NCBI RefSeq assembly: GCF_009914755.1
Contig: NC_060942.1
DNA: 64,000 nt
Origin: the human T2T-CHM13v2.0 reference genome, Homo sapiens
Strand: one strand, 5' to 3'
In this document: one piece after another, positions 41,459 through 58,444 of the stretch
Position numbering within the stretch: position 1 is the stretch's first letter
Layout: each line of letters starts with the position of its first letter
The notes under the pieces: generated by a model
Told to the model about the DNA's origin: nothing
Database searches by the model: none
Seen by the model: the letters and a program-made list of their open reading frames with translations, nothing else
Position numbers and translations under genes: made by a program

Positions 41459-43789
41459 TTATTTCTATGCTAGTGTACTAACTGCATAGGTAAGACAAGG
41501 ATTGTCTTGCTCACCACTGAAATTCTAATGTGTAGAAAAATGCTTTGCACATAGTGGATGCCCAATAAGTGTTTGTTAAATTAAAGACAAAATAGTTTAA
41601 AGTGATATAGAATTGGAGTTCTGTTATTTGCAAACAATACTTTGAAATTTTAAATAGAGAAAGTGAAACAATTTGGTTAAGGTGAAAAGGTAATTAAATA
41701 AGTATGTAGGTTTAGCTACTTGGTTCAGTATTACAGATTTATGTACAATTTGCTTTTTAAAATGGAAGACAGTATATTGTCATACAAACCAGGTTTGATA
41801 TCATTTAACTGTGTCAGTTTAGGAGCCTTGGTTTTCTTCATCAGTAAAATGTTGATTATAATATCTACCTCACAGAGCTATTGTGAGAATTCAGTTGAAT
41901 TGGATAACTTATGTAAAGTACAAGCCTCATTACAAACAAACTGTAAAAGGTTGTTCTTTCGTTGTCCCCTTTCTCTAGTTTCTTCACAAATATTCTCCAA
42001 GCAAAACATCTCCAAATAAACAAAGTTTCTTTGAGATGCTAATGACTTAACAAAAGTTTGCAATTGTTGAAGTATGGATTTACTACAGAACTGAATCAAA
42101 ATACTATTTTGAGTTATAGGGAGGCAAGAATGTGTGGTTTCCAGAAGATGATGATATCTGGACATGTGGATAGGATGAAGTGAAACGAGTACCCATATTT
42201 TTAAGAGTTACATTGGTTTACACTTACTAGCTAACAACTGACATTTGCATGAGAAGGATAAGGGATTTCATTTAATTTTTAACTAACTTATATCAGACAC
42301 CTACTATGTGCTGTATATGAAACAGAAAAGAATGTAAGCATCTCTGCCAGGAGCACATGTCCCAGAGAGGGATAATTTATATACACATGTAAATGTAACA
42401 TAAAACGGACTGTAGTTAATGATGTAATAGAGGTCCAAAGTACAGAAAAAGATGAGGCATGAGAAGAGTAATTGCTTTTTTCAGTTGTCTTGGAAAATAA
42501 CTACAGGTGGATTTGTGTTGGGCCACTGAAGGAAGGGTGAGAAATGGACAGATGGAGAGGGGTTCAGGGAGGTCCCATCAATGCCATCTGTGTCACAAAG
42601 GCATGGTGGCTGTTGAACTGTTAGGCACCTTTGGGTGCCTAACAGTTGGCTGGCGTGTAGTGGAGGTGTAAGGAGCAATGGGATGTAAAGTGGAAGAAAA
42701 CAAGAGCCAAGATGGTGGAGGTCCCTGAATTCCACAAACTCTACTGCTCTCAGTAGAAAGGCCTGGAAGAGTTTAAGAAGGGGAGTAAAGCCTGAACTGT
42801 GTGAACAGCAAATAGGGCCCCTCCTTAGATCTTGGTAACATTTATCACCAGTGCAGAATCTGCCAAAATAAAAAAGCCATCATCTCAAAGTGTGGAAATC
42901 CAACAAAAGAAAGGTCTTTAAGGAAAAAATAGGAAGAGTATAAACCTCTTCAAGTCACAGCCCATAAAAAGTAAAGCACAGCTACATGTAAAAGCTAAGA
43001 GGCAAAGAAAATGGGGGACAGCAAAAGAAAAAGACCATTAATTGGCACGTGACAGTGGGTATATGTAGCATTTGGGGAGAAGGAGTAGGCAAGAACATTT
43101 TTATGTAATAAAAAGAGGAAGAAAAGGAGTAATTTTAATAACTGAGAAACTAGATATTATTATAAACAAGACTGTTTACAATACAACCTATTCAATACAA
43201 ATCTATTCAATGGTATTGTGTTTACAGTACAAATCTATTCAAACACTACTTCTCAATAGATTTGGATTCTCATTTTCCTGGTGACAAAATGGGGAGTAAC
43301 ATCACTCTTACCTGCAAAACGTTGGCTGCTCTATGCAGTCACTCAACAAGTTTGAATCACAATTTATCTCTTACTCTTTAATAAAGTAGTTAATGAACTG
43401 TCCTCTTCCCTCAGGAAGAGTATCTGAGCATCAAGGGCTAGTAGCAAGGCCTAAATCCATTAAGCCTGACTCTTTTTCACTGTTCCTCATACATCATACC
43501 ATCATATCTTTATTCCCTCCTGATTCAGCTTAGTTTTCATAGCTCATCTTTGCAGTAATTTCCTGGCATACACACTCAACTCTCTTGCCTCTTGCTTTAT
43601 CCTTCGTAGTTGTATAGCTGAACCAAATCTTGTCTATATTCAGCCCCATGTGAAAACCCACAGAGCTGAATGTGACTAGATAAATTTACATCGCTATGTG
43701 AATAAGCCTCATTTTACATTCATGTTATTGTTGCCTGAAATTCCTATTATGTTTTCTTAGACCGTTAATTATCCTATTCTCTCAGATCG

Positions 43790-43998
43790 AGGGGCTAATG
43801 GGCCTAAACTGGCCCACCATTTGTTTTTGTTAATAAAGTTTTATTGGAACACAGCCACTTCCAACAATTTATGTATTGTCTCTGGCTGCTTCTGTGCCAC
43901 AACCACAGAGTTGAATAGTTGCAGCAGAGATCTAATGATCTGCAAAGTCTAAAATATTTACTATCTTGCCCTTACAGAAAAAGTTTGCCCACCTTTGT
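43790..43998. mobile_element. MER58A-like hAT DNA transposon
   Basis: aataaagttttattggaacacagccac ... cccttacagaaaaagtttgcccacc. Confidence 0.8.
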
Positions 43999-43999
43999 C

Positions 44000-45401
<1,402 letters not shown>

Positions 45402-46500
45402 TCACTAATATGTAAACATGAATTATGGTGTATATGCTTTTGTAATATGCTGTTTTCACCTAAATATATGGTAAGCTATTTTCATTTTAATAAATGTAGA
45501 TGTTCATTAATAGTTTTTAATAGTAGTATGATATTTCTTTTGGTATGGCTAAACTAATATTTATTCAATGATTTCTAATTGTAAAACACTTAATTTTGGT
45601 TCTTTGTTTTTGCTGTTATAAACAACACTGAAATGAATATCTTGGAACATGCAAATAATTATTTTCTAAGAGTAAATTCCTAGAAGTGGGACTGCAGAAA
45701 TCAACACCATTAAATTTCTTTTAAAAATCTACCTTTGATAAAATTTACATATAAATAAACATATTTTTGCATGTTCCTGCATGAGAGTGATATACTAATA
45801 TTTGTTGATGAAAATTATGTAACAAGTAAATTATTGATAATTTAGTAATGCTTTTTTACTAAATTTTAGTAAATTTACAAATTTACTAAATTTACTAAAA
45901 TTACAAATTGCAATTTACAAATGCAATTTACTAATTGCATTTGAACTGCAGTGGTGAACCCAGTGTATATAGAAGATATTATGCATTCAATTTATAGAGA
46001 ATGTGCCTCTGATTGTGGATTCAGGAACTCCTTGTGTGTTAGCTCCATGGCTCTCTATGAGTTTATAGGCTGGCGACCACAGCTTTGGTGATTATTTAAA
46101 GAAGCAATTCATTTAGCATATGATCACAAATGGAACCCATTTCCTCTTTCATCCAAGTTGCCCACTTCCTGATAGAACAAAGTATTACAGTAGTAATATT
46201 AATTCTGGTACTAAGAAGGCAAGTAAAAAGTTCTCATTAAAGCAGAGTAATTATAGATACATAGTTGAAATAAAGTAGGATTTTAACTGTGGGCTATTTA
46301 AATTAACTTCCTAGATTGAATCTTTTTGTGTACTGTGAGAGCTTCTCTCTGGAATTCATGGCAACTACTTCAGCGTTTCTCAGCCTCTTGGAGAAATGTT
46401 GAAGGAAGAATGAAGTCTGTTAATTCCCATGGTTGCAAACACCCGTTGCTGCTTCCTGTTCAAACTCGCCTTTCGTTAACTGCAGCAATTTTGAACTGAG

Positions 46501-46513
46501 CCACTAGATGGTG
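46501..46513 (+). promoter_or_regulatory. Candidate CTCF site CCACTAGATGGTG
   Basis: One mismatch to the CCASYAGRKGGCR core; motif only. Confidence 0.45.
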
Positions 46514-48188
46514 TACACTGTTCTTTGCTCACCCTCCAGAAAAAACATCAAGAACTATGCTCAGGTACAGGACTCCAAGGCCAACAAAAACAAAGAGGAA
46601 AACTTACAACAGTAAGGCCAAAATTAAGGGCCTCTCTTTTAAAACTCTGGTGGTCCTTTTTTTTTTTTCTTTTGATGCAGATTACACTGAGTTGGAGAAT
46701 GTCAATATTATTTTCTTGACTCTACTCTTCCTTAGTATACCAAATATTTGAGCTGGACCAAAATCTATTTCAACCTTTCACAGCAACCTATTTTTGAATT
46801 TCATACATGAGTCCTGAAGGCACTATAAAGTAGTTTCTCCTTTAGAAACTCATATGTACAGACACCTAGCAGGCATACCCTATGCTAATATTGTTAAAGA
46901 TAGATTTTTAAAAATAGGTCAGATTTTTCAATATCTTGAAAAATCTGCAGATAAGTCCCATGGTGTTGACATAGCAGAGATGTAATGAGCTAGAATTTAG
47001 CTCTGCCCTTTAGTCTATAAGCAACTTTGATCCATGTTTCAATATAAACTTACATTTCTATATAGGGTGTATATGTGTGTGGAAAAATGATATGGTTTTC
47101 TTTGAGTTTCAGGGAATAATTTCACAGAAGAGACAAACACATTAAATTCACTTTTCCAAGTGGGTAAATTGCTTTAAGAGACAAACATTTTAGAGAAGTT
47201 AAAAGAGAAAGTCTTCCTCCTTACCTTAAAGAGGTGTCTCAGGTTTTTATAAATGCATGGGTATTTACCGACGGATGATTTTTTTTTTAGTAGCTTCAAC
47301 CTATCCTTTACTTTATTGAATTCACTTTTTTATATAATAAATTGTTTTAAGTTAGGAGCAAACATTTTAATGACAACGTTGAAAAGATAAAAAGTCTTTA
47401 CCTTACCTTAAAGTGCCCTCTCAGATTTTTAGGAATACACGTATATTTAAATACGGGTGATCTTTTTTGATTAAGTAGTTTCAACATTATCTTCTAATCT
47501 TTCTTGTCATCTTAACCTAGATCCTTTATGAATTATAGCTCCTCACCTCAAGTAGCAGTTGACTTTCTAATCCCTAATAGTCAAAGATGATTGTAGCAAA
47601 TCTGTATAATCATCCTTTGTGGGGAAAATAGTTTTCAAATCCATCAGGGCCCTTGAGCTGAGAAGAGCTGCCCAAAGTTTATTTCTACTACACAGTAATG
47701 AGTTGAAAGAAAGGTCTATAGGTGGATCTTCAATTGGAAAATCTAAAAAGTCAGTGAAATTACTAAAAAGCCTTAATGGTGCTTCTGAAAACAGACACTA
47801 ATTTTATGTTCTCATTCTTTGAATTACATTCATCTGACATTTAGAAGTCATTTTATGGGAAAAATTTTTATTAACTGAGAAACAAGATTTCTTGGATTAT
47901 AATGATAAATGATGACTATATTTTTAAAATATAGTCAACTTGTGATTATTCAATGACCAGTGCTCTGGTTTATATATTATTCTAATATTATTATTTCTTC
48001 AGTTACCTCCTTTCAACCTGTCTTTTTGTTATTTAATTCTTCAGAGAGCGGGCAAAGCCAAAGGGCAGTGGTAAATACAAATTATCAATCATGTATCAGC
48101 TGTAAAAAAAACAGTGGCTTTTTTGGTGAGAGAACAGAATGATGAAAGTTAAAATTATTATAAATTGTGAAGATTTTAGCTTGCTTGA

Positions 48189-48488
<300 letters not shown>

Positions 48489-50698
48489 TAGCTTGCTTCA
48501 CTTTTGGCAATCAATTTTGTACCTTCATTTCATATAGTTGATATTTAAAAATTGATTATTTTCCTTTTCATTGTTTTATACCTAGTTTATATTTTTATTT
48601 TTTCAAATATGACTTTTGTAGATATAAGCCTTTTACATTATGACTCCTAAAAGCTGTAGTTTAATTTTAATTTTCTATTATTTACATATTCTTATTTGTC
48701 CCAATATCCTCATCTGCTAGACAGATGTCTAGACTGGGCCTATAAGAGAAAGGCCAACTCGGAATGAGATTGAAATATCCTCTCTCTCCAAATTGGAGGG
48801 CTTTACCAAATAATGGGCAAGATGTTGAACTAATAGCTCCAAAACCTCTGGTCAACCTGGTTGTACCATAATAAATGAGGTGAATGGAATGAATATTTTT
48901 ATTCTATTTGGCCCACTTTTAGTTACGTGAGAAAACGTTATAAATTCCTGTCATTGATGTGGTATGTGAAATCTTATGGAAATAATAATCTGTTGCAAGT
49001 GCAATTTGATGATAGATTTAAGTAAATGAGTCAAACCAAAAATAAAGCATGTTGAAGTGAGAAAGACAAGGGGAAGAAATTCCTCATGGTTGCTTGAAAT
49101 TTAGACTATGTCATTCACATATCCTCATGGGAGCCAGATGTTGAACTGTAGAATTAGTCTATGATTCGTACGAAATGCCTCAGAAAACACCAAGGGCTAC
49201 TATGAGACTCCCAGCTGCTCTTTCTTCATCTACCCCTGAAAAGTTGGTACTCATGCATTTCTTCATTCATGTAGTCAATGAATGATTATTATTGAACCCT
49301 ATTCTATGCCAAGGATTGGGCATACGTAATCCTATTTTCTTGGAGTTGGGTATTTTGTCCTCTTTCCTCTCTATCTCTTCCCCCTTCCAGATCTCAATGA
49401 TGCTATTTGCTTAAATGCTGACTTCTGAATTGGTATTTCTACTCTTTTCTCGTCTGTCATATAGATCAACATTTTCTAGTTCTTTCTGTAGAACTTCCCT
49501 TGAATCTCTCCCAGTCTTTAATTCTTCCTTCCTTCATCAATACACTCACTAAATATTTATTGAACACCTATCATGTGCCAGGCACAAGTCTTGAGTATGA
49601 TGAATATAGATATTTTGACTTGACATACTGAAGACTAACCACATTCCATCCTCCTCTAAACGTTCATTTTCTTGGTTTCATCTTTTGACCAAAGACATCA
49701 GATCAATTTGGCCAACCAAGCCAGGCTGTCTCTTACTTCTACAGCCCAGTAGTTACCAAGTGATGTCTAACTTTATTTATAAAATGAGTTTTGTATTTGC
49801 TAGTGTCTCATCGTTTTCATACCTATTGCCGTAAATCAGACCCTTATTATCCCTATTCTGGGTTATGCAATAAATGATTACCCTGCCTCCAATCTCTCCT
49901 TTTCCAATTCATCTTAAATTAGCTTTTTAAACACAGATTTAATTATGTTATTTCTCTGCTCAAAGATTTTTGGTGAGTCCCCACTGACTATAGAATAGTA
50001 TCCAAATGCTTTTCACATAATCTTTTACACCTGATCTCAACCTACCTTTCAGGAGTTCGCCAACTCTGAGCAATTTCCTGAATTTAAAATGCAATGTCAT
50101 ATTCTGCCCTGTTTACATTATTCTCTTTCTCCTGGCACAATAAGAATCCATCACATTTGTATGTTGTTTTCCAGTTTACAGTGAAATTTCCCATGCACCT
50201 TCTGTGAGGTAGGCAGAGATATTTCCCCCCAGACTTAGAGCTGGAAGAGTCAAGGTTCTGAATGTGTAGGTGACATACTGAGCAAGCTAATCTTGCTTAT
50301 GATTAGCAAGAGAGCCCAGATACTAAACATCAATGGGCAGTAGCACCAAGAAACAGATTAGGATGAAGTGTAGTATTTTACCACCAAAATGAATTCAGCA
50401 TACAGATTTCCATTAATATTTGGTGTCATATATTGTAATTTAAGGGTTTCTTTTACACAGAAAGCAAAGCCCATTTTAAAATTCCATAAATCTTTTGATT
50501 TATGACACTAATCAGAGTTTAAAAAATAGTTTCAACATTTTATAGCTATTATGATAAACTCTACCTTCTTTTTAAACTTTGTGTATCTTTAAAGTGTATA
50601 GATATACTCACAATATTGACACAGTCTAGCTTCCATAAACATTTTGTAAAAATGGTACCGGCTATTTTCATCAAAATTTTCACTATATCATGCTATAA

Positions 50699-51035
<337 letters not shown>

Positions 51036-53664
51036 TAATGTTAAGCTAATGCCTGTTTTGTGCACCAATGGCAGGCACTTAATAAAACTGGCCATAGGAA
51101 AGAATACATTTTAAAACTTTAGAATTTTTGAACTTGAAGTATACTGTGTCTATATCTTGTAAGTTCACGAATGAGTCAAAGATGAGGATGAATTTATGAA
51201 TGGATACTTCTCTCATTATTAACAACTATGAGCATTTTGAGACCTCACTATATAACATTTTATATACGTCAAACAAGTTGATGTAATGCATCTGAATTGA
51301 TCCCTGTATAAATAAGATGTGAAGGTAAACTGACTTTGATGTCATCCGTTTAATGATAGCTAGGGTTGCTTAAGCTGCTCTTGTCGTTTAGGCACTATTC
51401 ATTCATTTATTCAATAATTACTACATGTGCTTGACACAGTGGCTAAAAGATTTCCAAAAGGCACGATATCCTTGCTTTCAGTGTAGGCAGGCAGACATTT
51501 AAACAACTATGTCACAAAACAACAAGCTTTCTAAGGTACTTATGGGCAGGGAGCTGTGACAACACAGAGGAGATAGCAAGCATTTGTCAGAGGTGGCTCA
51601 GGAGTTACCCGGGTGCTTGGTCAGAAGGACGTGCGTAGCCAGGTGTAATGGGATGTGCTCCCTTCGCAGCCTGTACCTACTTCAATCTCAGCCAATAGTA
51701 GTATATGTAACTGACTAATTTATGTTTTCTGTAAAAATTGTGGAGACCTTAATAATGTGGGCCATGTCGTATTTGTATCCAAAATTCCTGCACAAAGCAT
51801 AATTGTGTGTAGAATTAAACAGGACTGAAAAACATTCCATACCAAAGAAGAGGCATGAGCACTGGCCTGGGTGTCAGCAGGACATTTTAGAGGTCTGCAT
51901 GTATTAGCAAAAACTGGAGGAAGATGTGTGGGATAGGAGAGAGAGCAGAAAGTAAATCTGAGAAGGCAGGTTTTAGGAGCCCTGCTAAAGAGTTGGATTT
52001 CATCTTGTACATTCTGAAGATTCATTGAAAGATTATATGCTAAGACTTGACAGTGAGAATGGGATGAGGAAATGGATGAGAATGGAAACAGAAGATCATA
52101 GTGACAGCGCTTATGGTCAGTTGAGGAAGGGGTTGGAGGAGAAAGAGGGGTCAGGGATGACACTTAAGATTTCAGGTTGGAGAGATGAAGATGCTATTTC
52201 TCCCAACAGAGAACAACAAAGACAGAATGGGTTCAAAGGCAAGGTAATTTTAAGGCCAAATGGAGATGTTTGGGTTTCTATTTGCAGTCAGAAATACAGT
52301 AGTCTGCCTCAAGAAAGAAGTCTGGGAAGGAAACTCAGACTAGTGGTCACCCAACAATTCTTATGGCTGCTGTCACAAGGATGAATGTTCAGGATGCGAA
52401 GGGGGCTTGGGATGACATGCGGCCAAACACTAATGCTTCAAGAGTAACTAGAATAAAAAAGGCATCCAGGAAGTTACATGAGGAAGCACAATTTTCACAA
52501 AGCTGTGCTTTCCAAGTAGATGACTTAGCCAGAGAGATGTGACTTTCACTGAGATGAAGGCCATCTCACCAGTACTACAAGTACGAAATGAATGTCTCTG
52601 GACCAGAAGTCATTGGCAAAGAAAATACTCTACCTTCTTCATGATTTCAATGCCAGGCCCATCAGGCTTCTTCACATGTTTATAATGGCCATTACTCTCC
52701 TCTTCCATAAGTCTTCCTCTTCTCCCTTGGTAGCACATGTATTTTAAGATCATCCTCTTCACGTTGGTTTCATCAAATGGAAATATGGGAGAATAATGAG
52801 ATGGCAAAGTGGCATGATGAAAGCGCAATTGCCAACAAAGTGTGTTTTCTACAGAGAAGGCTGTTGACTCCCACATGGGCCAGGAGCGTGGCAGTGCTCT
52901 GAGGCTGGCCGTTTTTGAGCACTTCAGTAATCATGCCCTCAATTCCATGCCGCTGGACACTTAGATAATGATAGCAGCAGGAGACAAAAAAGGGGCAAAA
53001 CCCACATTTGACATCCTACTGAGAAAAAACCCAGGCTTCTATTTGTAGTCTGCAGAGAACCCTTCACCTTTGTGCAGTGTTAGAGAGGCTGGACATGCAG
53101 CAGTTGTCTGCCACTCTGATACCCCTGTGCCACTTGTCACAAGAATGTGTAGAGCTAAGAGATAAGACATAAGCTCTTCCTAATGGGAGCTATTTCAGGG
53201 ATACAAGAAAGGAAAAGAGTGACTTTCAAACTGGAATTATTTTAAGTTAATAATACTAAAAAATGATTCATTATTGATATCTACACTCACTGAGCATTTG
53301 TTCAGGCTTTATCCATATGAAATTTATATTTCTACCTATTTTCTGTTCACTCGAGAGAAGGGATCTTCTCTCCCAACCTTGATACATTATTTTTCAATGG
53401 ATAATTAATCAAACTCTTCTTCCAACTCTTCTTTTTCACATGACTGGCTTTCCTCAAGTACCAATCTGAAATTCTTCATGTGGTGAAAAAGGTTATATTT
53501 AATTCTCCAGTGTAAACAAAGTTGGGAAAAATTTTACCAATCATCTCTCTTCAAATCACAACGATAGTGAACCCGCCTACCTGACTCACCCATTTAAATG
53601 CATGAATACCCACATGACCTAAAAATTGTGACCCTTCTCTAGAACTCTCCTGGCCATGGTTTTC

Positions 53665-54020
53665 TGATATGGTTTGGCTCAGCGTCTCCACCCAAATCTC
53701 ACCTTAAATTGTAATAATCCCTCATGTCATGGGAGGGATCCGGTGGGAGGTAATTGGATCATGGGGGCAGGTCTTTCCCATGCTGTTCTTGTGATAGTGA
53801 ATAAGTCTCATGAGATCTGATGGTTTTATAAAAGGGAAGTTCCCCTGCACACGCCCTCTTGCCTGCTGCCATATAAAACGTGACTTGCTCCTCCTTGCCT
53901 TCTACCATGTTGTTAGGCCTCCCAAGCAATGTGAAACTGTGAATTAATTAAACCTCTTTCCTTTATAATTACCCAGTCTTAGATATGTCTCTATTAGCAG
54001 GGTGAGAACAGACTAATACA
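53665..54020 (+). mobile_element. THE1 (MaLR) solo LTR with 5-bp TSD ttttc
   Basis: tgatatggtttggct ... gactaataca; ttttc at 53660-53664 and 54021-54025. Confidence 0.93.
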
Positions 54021-54448
54021 TTTTCCTTCAGCATTTTATGACCATCAGGAGGCCCCAGCTCAAACCTGTGCCATCCCTCAAATATGCAGTGACTTTACCA
54101 GAAACAGCCTCAAGCCCAATATGCTGTGAGCAACAACAACCAAAAAACGAGAGAAGCTTAACCAGAAGGAACCTGGGAAAATGGAGAGGAGCTGTCCACA
54201 GCAGAGCTGAGCTCTTCAAATAAAAACTCATGGAGCCCAGCAGGGAGCCACAGTACTGAAGACATCATGGTCTCAGTTCTCACCACGAATGCCACTTGTA
54301 CATTCTGAGAAAGGTGAATCAAACCATGAATTTTCACTCCATAACCATGAATGTGTCCACAACACAACACTGTACCATGAACACTACCTTCAGCTGGCGA
54401 AGAAAATCATGGGAGAGGAAAAAAAAACAGCAATCCATCTTAAAAATC

Positions 54449-54752
54449 AGGCCAGGTACAGTGGTTCACACATGTAATCTCAGAACTTTTGGAGGCTGAG
54501 GCAAGATTTGCTTGAGCCTGGATTTTGAGACCAGCCTGGGCTACATAGTGAGACCCTGTCTCACAATTAAGAAATTAGCCAGGCGTGATGGCACATACCT
54601 GTAGTCTCAGCTGTTTGGGAGGCTGAGGTGGGAGGATTGCTTGAGCCTAGGAGTTGGAGGCTATAGGGAGCCATGACCACACCACTGCACTCCAGTTTAG
54701 GTGACAGGGTGACACCATGTCTTTAAAAATCAACAACAACAAAAACAAAAAC
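54449..54752 (+). mobile_element. Alu (AluJ-like)
   Basis: Diverged dimer with (CAA)n tail. Confidence 0.9.
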
Positions 54753-55869
54753 CTAACAGGCGTGGTCATTTTCAGTGTAGGGAATGGGCATAGGATAACA
54801 CTGGTTTGCTCCTCCTTCAATGGAGGACAGGCTTGTGCAGTGGAATCATGTCACTCCCCTTTGCTTCCACTTCAATTTGTTTGTTTGCTATTGGGTCAGT
54901 TAGACACAATAGAAAACATAAAGCAGCTAAGGTTTTAAGGAGCTTGGTTAAGCCAAACTAGATATTACATTTCCAAAGAACCAAAAATGTATTTGTATTT
55001 TGACATTTAAAATAGTTGATTTTGATCTCTAATAAAAGGTAGTATTCATAGATAGTGAATCCAAGGAAGCTGGCATCTTTTGATTTTGACCCTACAGATG
55101 TACTCTCCACCCCAGGTCCTTGCTCTGTTCTTCCACTCCAGTGGTACTGACCAAATTAGGGGCTCTCTTGCCTCTGGCTTCTGGATGGATTTGCTTTCAG
55201 AAGACTGAGGGAGGTAGGAGAGGAAGGTCAGGGTATTTACTCTTCACTTTCTTTTTCTGGGTCAGTGCAAGCTGCCTTTCTCATCTTAATGAAGGTCCTT
55301 AGTTGGCCCTTTCCACAGAGCCCTCTCTGTGTCTGGTTCTGGTAATCCTCTCTTCCCTTGTGGACATGTATTGAGGGCTTAAATTACATACTCAGAGTAA
55401 CAATGTGAGGTCAATAGCATTACTATCCCCATTGTGTTGATGAGAAAACCAAGGTCAAGGATGTGTCCAAGCTACTTTGTGCTAGGGCCAAATTATGAGC
55501 CCAATTGAACAGTGCCCCTCTTACTAGCACCAGGGGTTGGAGAGGGGGGTACACTAGTTCTAAGATATTCTTGCCTTTTGCCCACATCTCTCAAAGTAGC
55601 TCTCTTACTATTAAACAGTGTCATCTGTTTCCTGTTGGAACCCTATGTTATATACCAAGCATGCTCAATTTTAATATGGCACTTTGTGGGTTCTCTTCTG
55701 TGCATTATTTGCAAACAAGGAGTTAATTATTTTTATTTCAAAGTGGCCATAGTGATTTAAAAGCTTCTGATATATAAACACTTTTCTGAATAAATCCAGT
55801 TGGAAAAAAAATATCATGTTAGAAAGAGATCAAATAATGTCAGTTACAGGTCAAAGAACTCCTAATAAG

Positions 55870-56740
55870 GTTTCATAGAACATGGCTTAATAGAAAAAAC
55901 ACTGAACTAAAGTAGGTCAGAAGCCAAGGGTTTAAGTCACAAATTCATCAATTATAGCGTGACCTTGACAGGTCACTTAACCGTTCTGATCTTAAGTTTT
56001 CTCATATGTCAAATAGTGATAATAAAAAGTGACCTGTTTATCTCCTGGGGTTATTAAGGGTGAACCAATAAATGATAGATTTGAAAGTGCTTTCCAACTG
56101 TGAAGATTACACAGGGATATTACCCAGAGTGGTGATGAGGATAACATTTATCCAATAAATAAATGTGTAAACCTCCATTACCCTAGAGAGCCCTCAATAC
56201 ATGTCTTTACTCTTATCTTTAAAATCATAGCAACCAGATAGAAACAGTGCAGTGTTGGGTTTCAGAGGCAGGCTCTGAAGCCAGTTGCTTGGGCTCCAGA
56301 ACAAAGTGGCTTGGACACACCCTTAACCTTGGTTTTCTGACCAACACAATGGGGATAGTAATGCTATTGACCTCACATTGTTACTCTGAGTATTTAATGG
56401 GATAATTTATGTTAGGCACAGAGCACAATGTCTTGTGTATAGAAGTTCTTCGTCTATGTTAGCCTCAAGCCATTAGAGGTGCAGAGAGAGCACTTCAATG
56501 CAGAGTGTCATATGGTGGTTAAGCATCCAGATTTCAAAGTAAAAATTTCATACCTTGGATTATTAACTTATGTATTTACTAACTGTTTAAGTTTGGACAA
56601 ATTATTAATCTTTCTAAGTTTTCATTTTTTTCCATCCTCATCAAGCTAGTTACGTCTGCCTTATGAACACTAAATAAAACCATGTTTGTAATGTGTTTGA
56701 CACAATGCTGGACACATAAGTGCTCAATTAAAATGTTCAT
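55870..56740. mobile_element. Cluster of about three MIR fragments
   Basis: Repeated MIR cores (gtgaccttgacaggtcacttaacc; ccttggttttctgaccaacacaatggggatag; ttggacaaattattaatctttctaag). Confidence 0.6.
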
Positions 56741-56787
56741 TACCATGTTTAGCATGGTGTTGCTAAAATAAAAATTCCCCTCCCTTC

Positions 56788-57097
56788 CCTTTTTTTTTTT
56801 AGAGACAGGATCTTACCCTGTTGCCCAGGCTGGAGTGCACTGGCACAATCAGAGATCAGAGCTCACTGTAGCCTCAACTTCCTGGGCTCAAGGAATCTTC
56901 CTGATGCAGCCTCCCAAGTAGGTGGGATGGGACTACAGGCATACACCAACACACCTGACTACTTATTTTTTAATTTTTTGTAGAGACAGGGTCTTGCTTT
57001 GTTGCCTAGGCTGGTCTCAAACTCCTGGGCTCAAGCAATCTTCCCACCTTGGCTTCCCAAAGTGCTGGAATTACAGGTGTAAGCCACCACACCTGGC
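56788..57097 (-). mobile_element. Alu (AluJ-like)
   Basis: Antisense dimer. Confidence 0.92.
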
Positions 57098-57854
57098 CTT
57101 CCTTGCGTTTTTATTCCTTACTTCTTTTGCATATGGAGTAATCAAATAGGCTCATTTTATGTAACAGATATTTGCAGTTCAAAGAGAGTTTTAAGCAGAA
57201 AAATCTCATTACACACATTTAAGAGCTGGACATATCTTTGAAAGGCTGTTGTTGTCTCATTACAACCAGCAGATGCTCCACTGGAGGAACCCGTGGCTAA
57301 TGAGCCAATGTCTGGTCCCCTTTGGTGCTTGCCCATGGCCCTGGCACAGCACGAGAGTTAATTCCCTGATTCAGTATTGTCCAGTGTCTGCGGAATGTGT
57401 CCTGTGAGCTAGGCATGGGGGAGCTGTCAGTCATGGAGGTAGACATAATATCTGCCCTCATGTTGCTGACAGAGAAAGTGTTTCTTTTATATTCAGAATA
57501 GCATCTGCCTCTCAAGTTAAAGATGAAGGTCACAAAATATCCCCTGAGAGTCAGTACAGCTTGTGACTTAAGGTGTGATTTCTGGAGTTAGACTATCTGA
57601 GTTTAATTCTTGGCTTTGCTTCTTAGTCATGGTGTCATACAACTTGTTTTACCTCTTTATGCCTTGGTTTCCTCCTCTATGAAATGGAAGTTCTGGCAGA
57701 ACTTGCATCATACAGTTGATGTGAGGATTAAATGAATTAATACATGTAAGTGGCTCAGTCAGTCTAATAAATAAGAGTTACTACTATCAGTATTGTCTCA
57801 TTACCAAGTGGTGTGATTTGTGAGTGAAGTAGTCATGACCTTAGATTATAGTGC

Positions 57855-58079
57855 AAGGGTTAGCAAATACGGCCTGTTGGCCAAATCCAGCCCTCTGCCT
57901 ATTTTTATAAATAAAGTCATACTGGAACACAGCCATGCTTATTTACTTAGGTATAGTTTATGGCTACTTTTGTGCTATAATGGGAGAGCTGAGTAGTTGT
58001 GACAGAGACCTTACGGCCACAAAGCCCAAAATATTTACTACCTAGCCCTTCACAGAAAAAGTTTGAGGACTGACCCCTG
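57855..58079. mobile_element. MER58A-like hAT transposon, near full length
   Basis: caagggttagcaaatacggcctg ... aaaagtttgaggactgacccctg (terminal-inverted-repeat-like ends). Confidence 0.85.
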
Positions 58080-58097
58080 GATAGACAACTACTATTA

Positions 58098-58444
<347 letters not shown>

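Noticed and set aside
51720-52876. ORFs of 147, 119 and 88 aa
   Set aside because: The first two lie in L2-like purine-rich sequence; none resembles BTB/BACK/kelch or a protein I recognise
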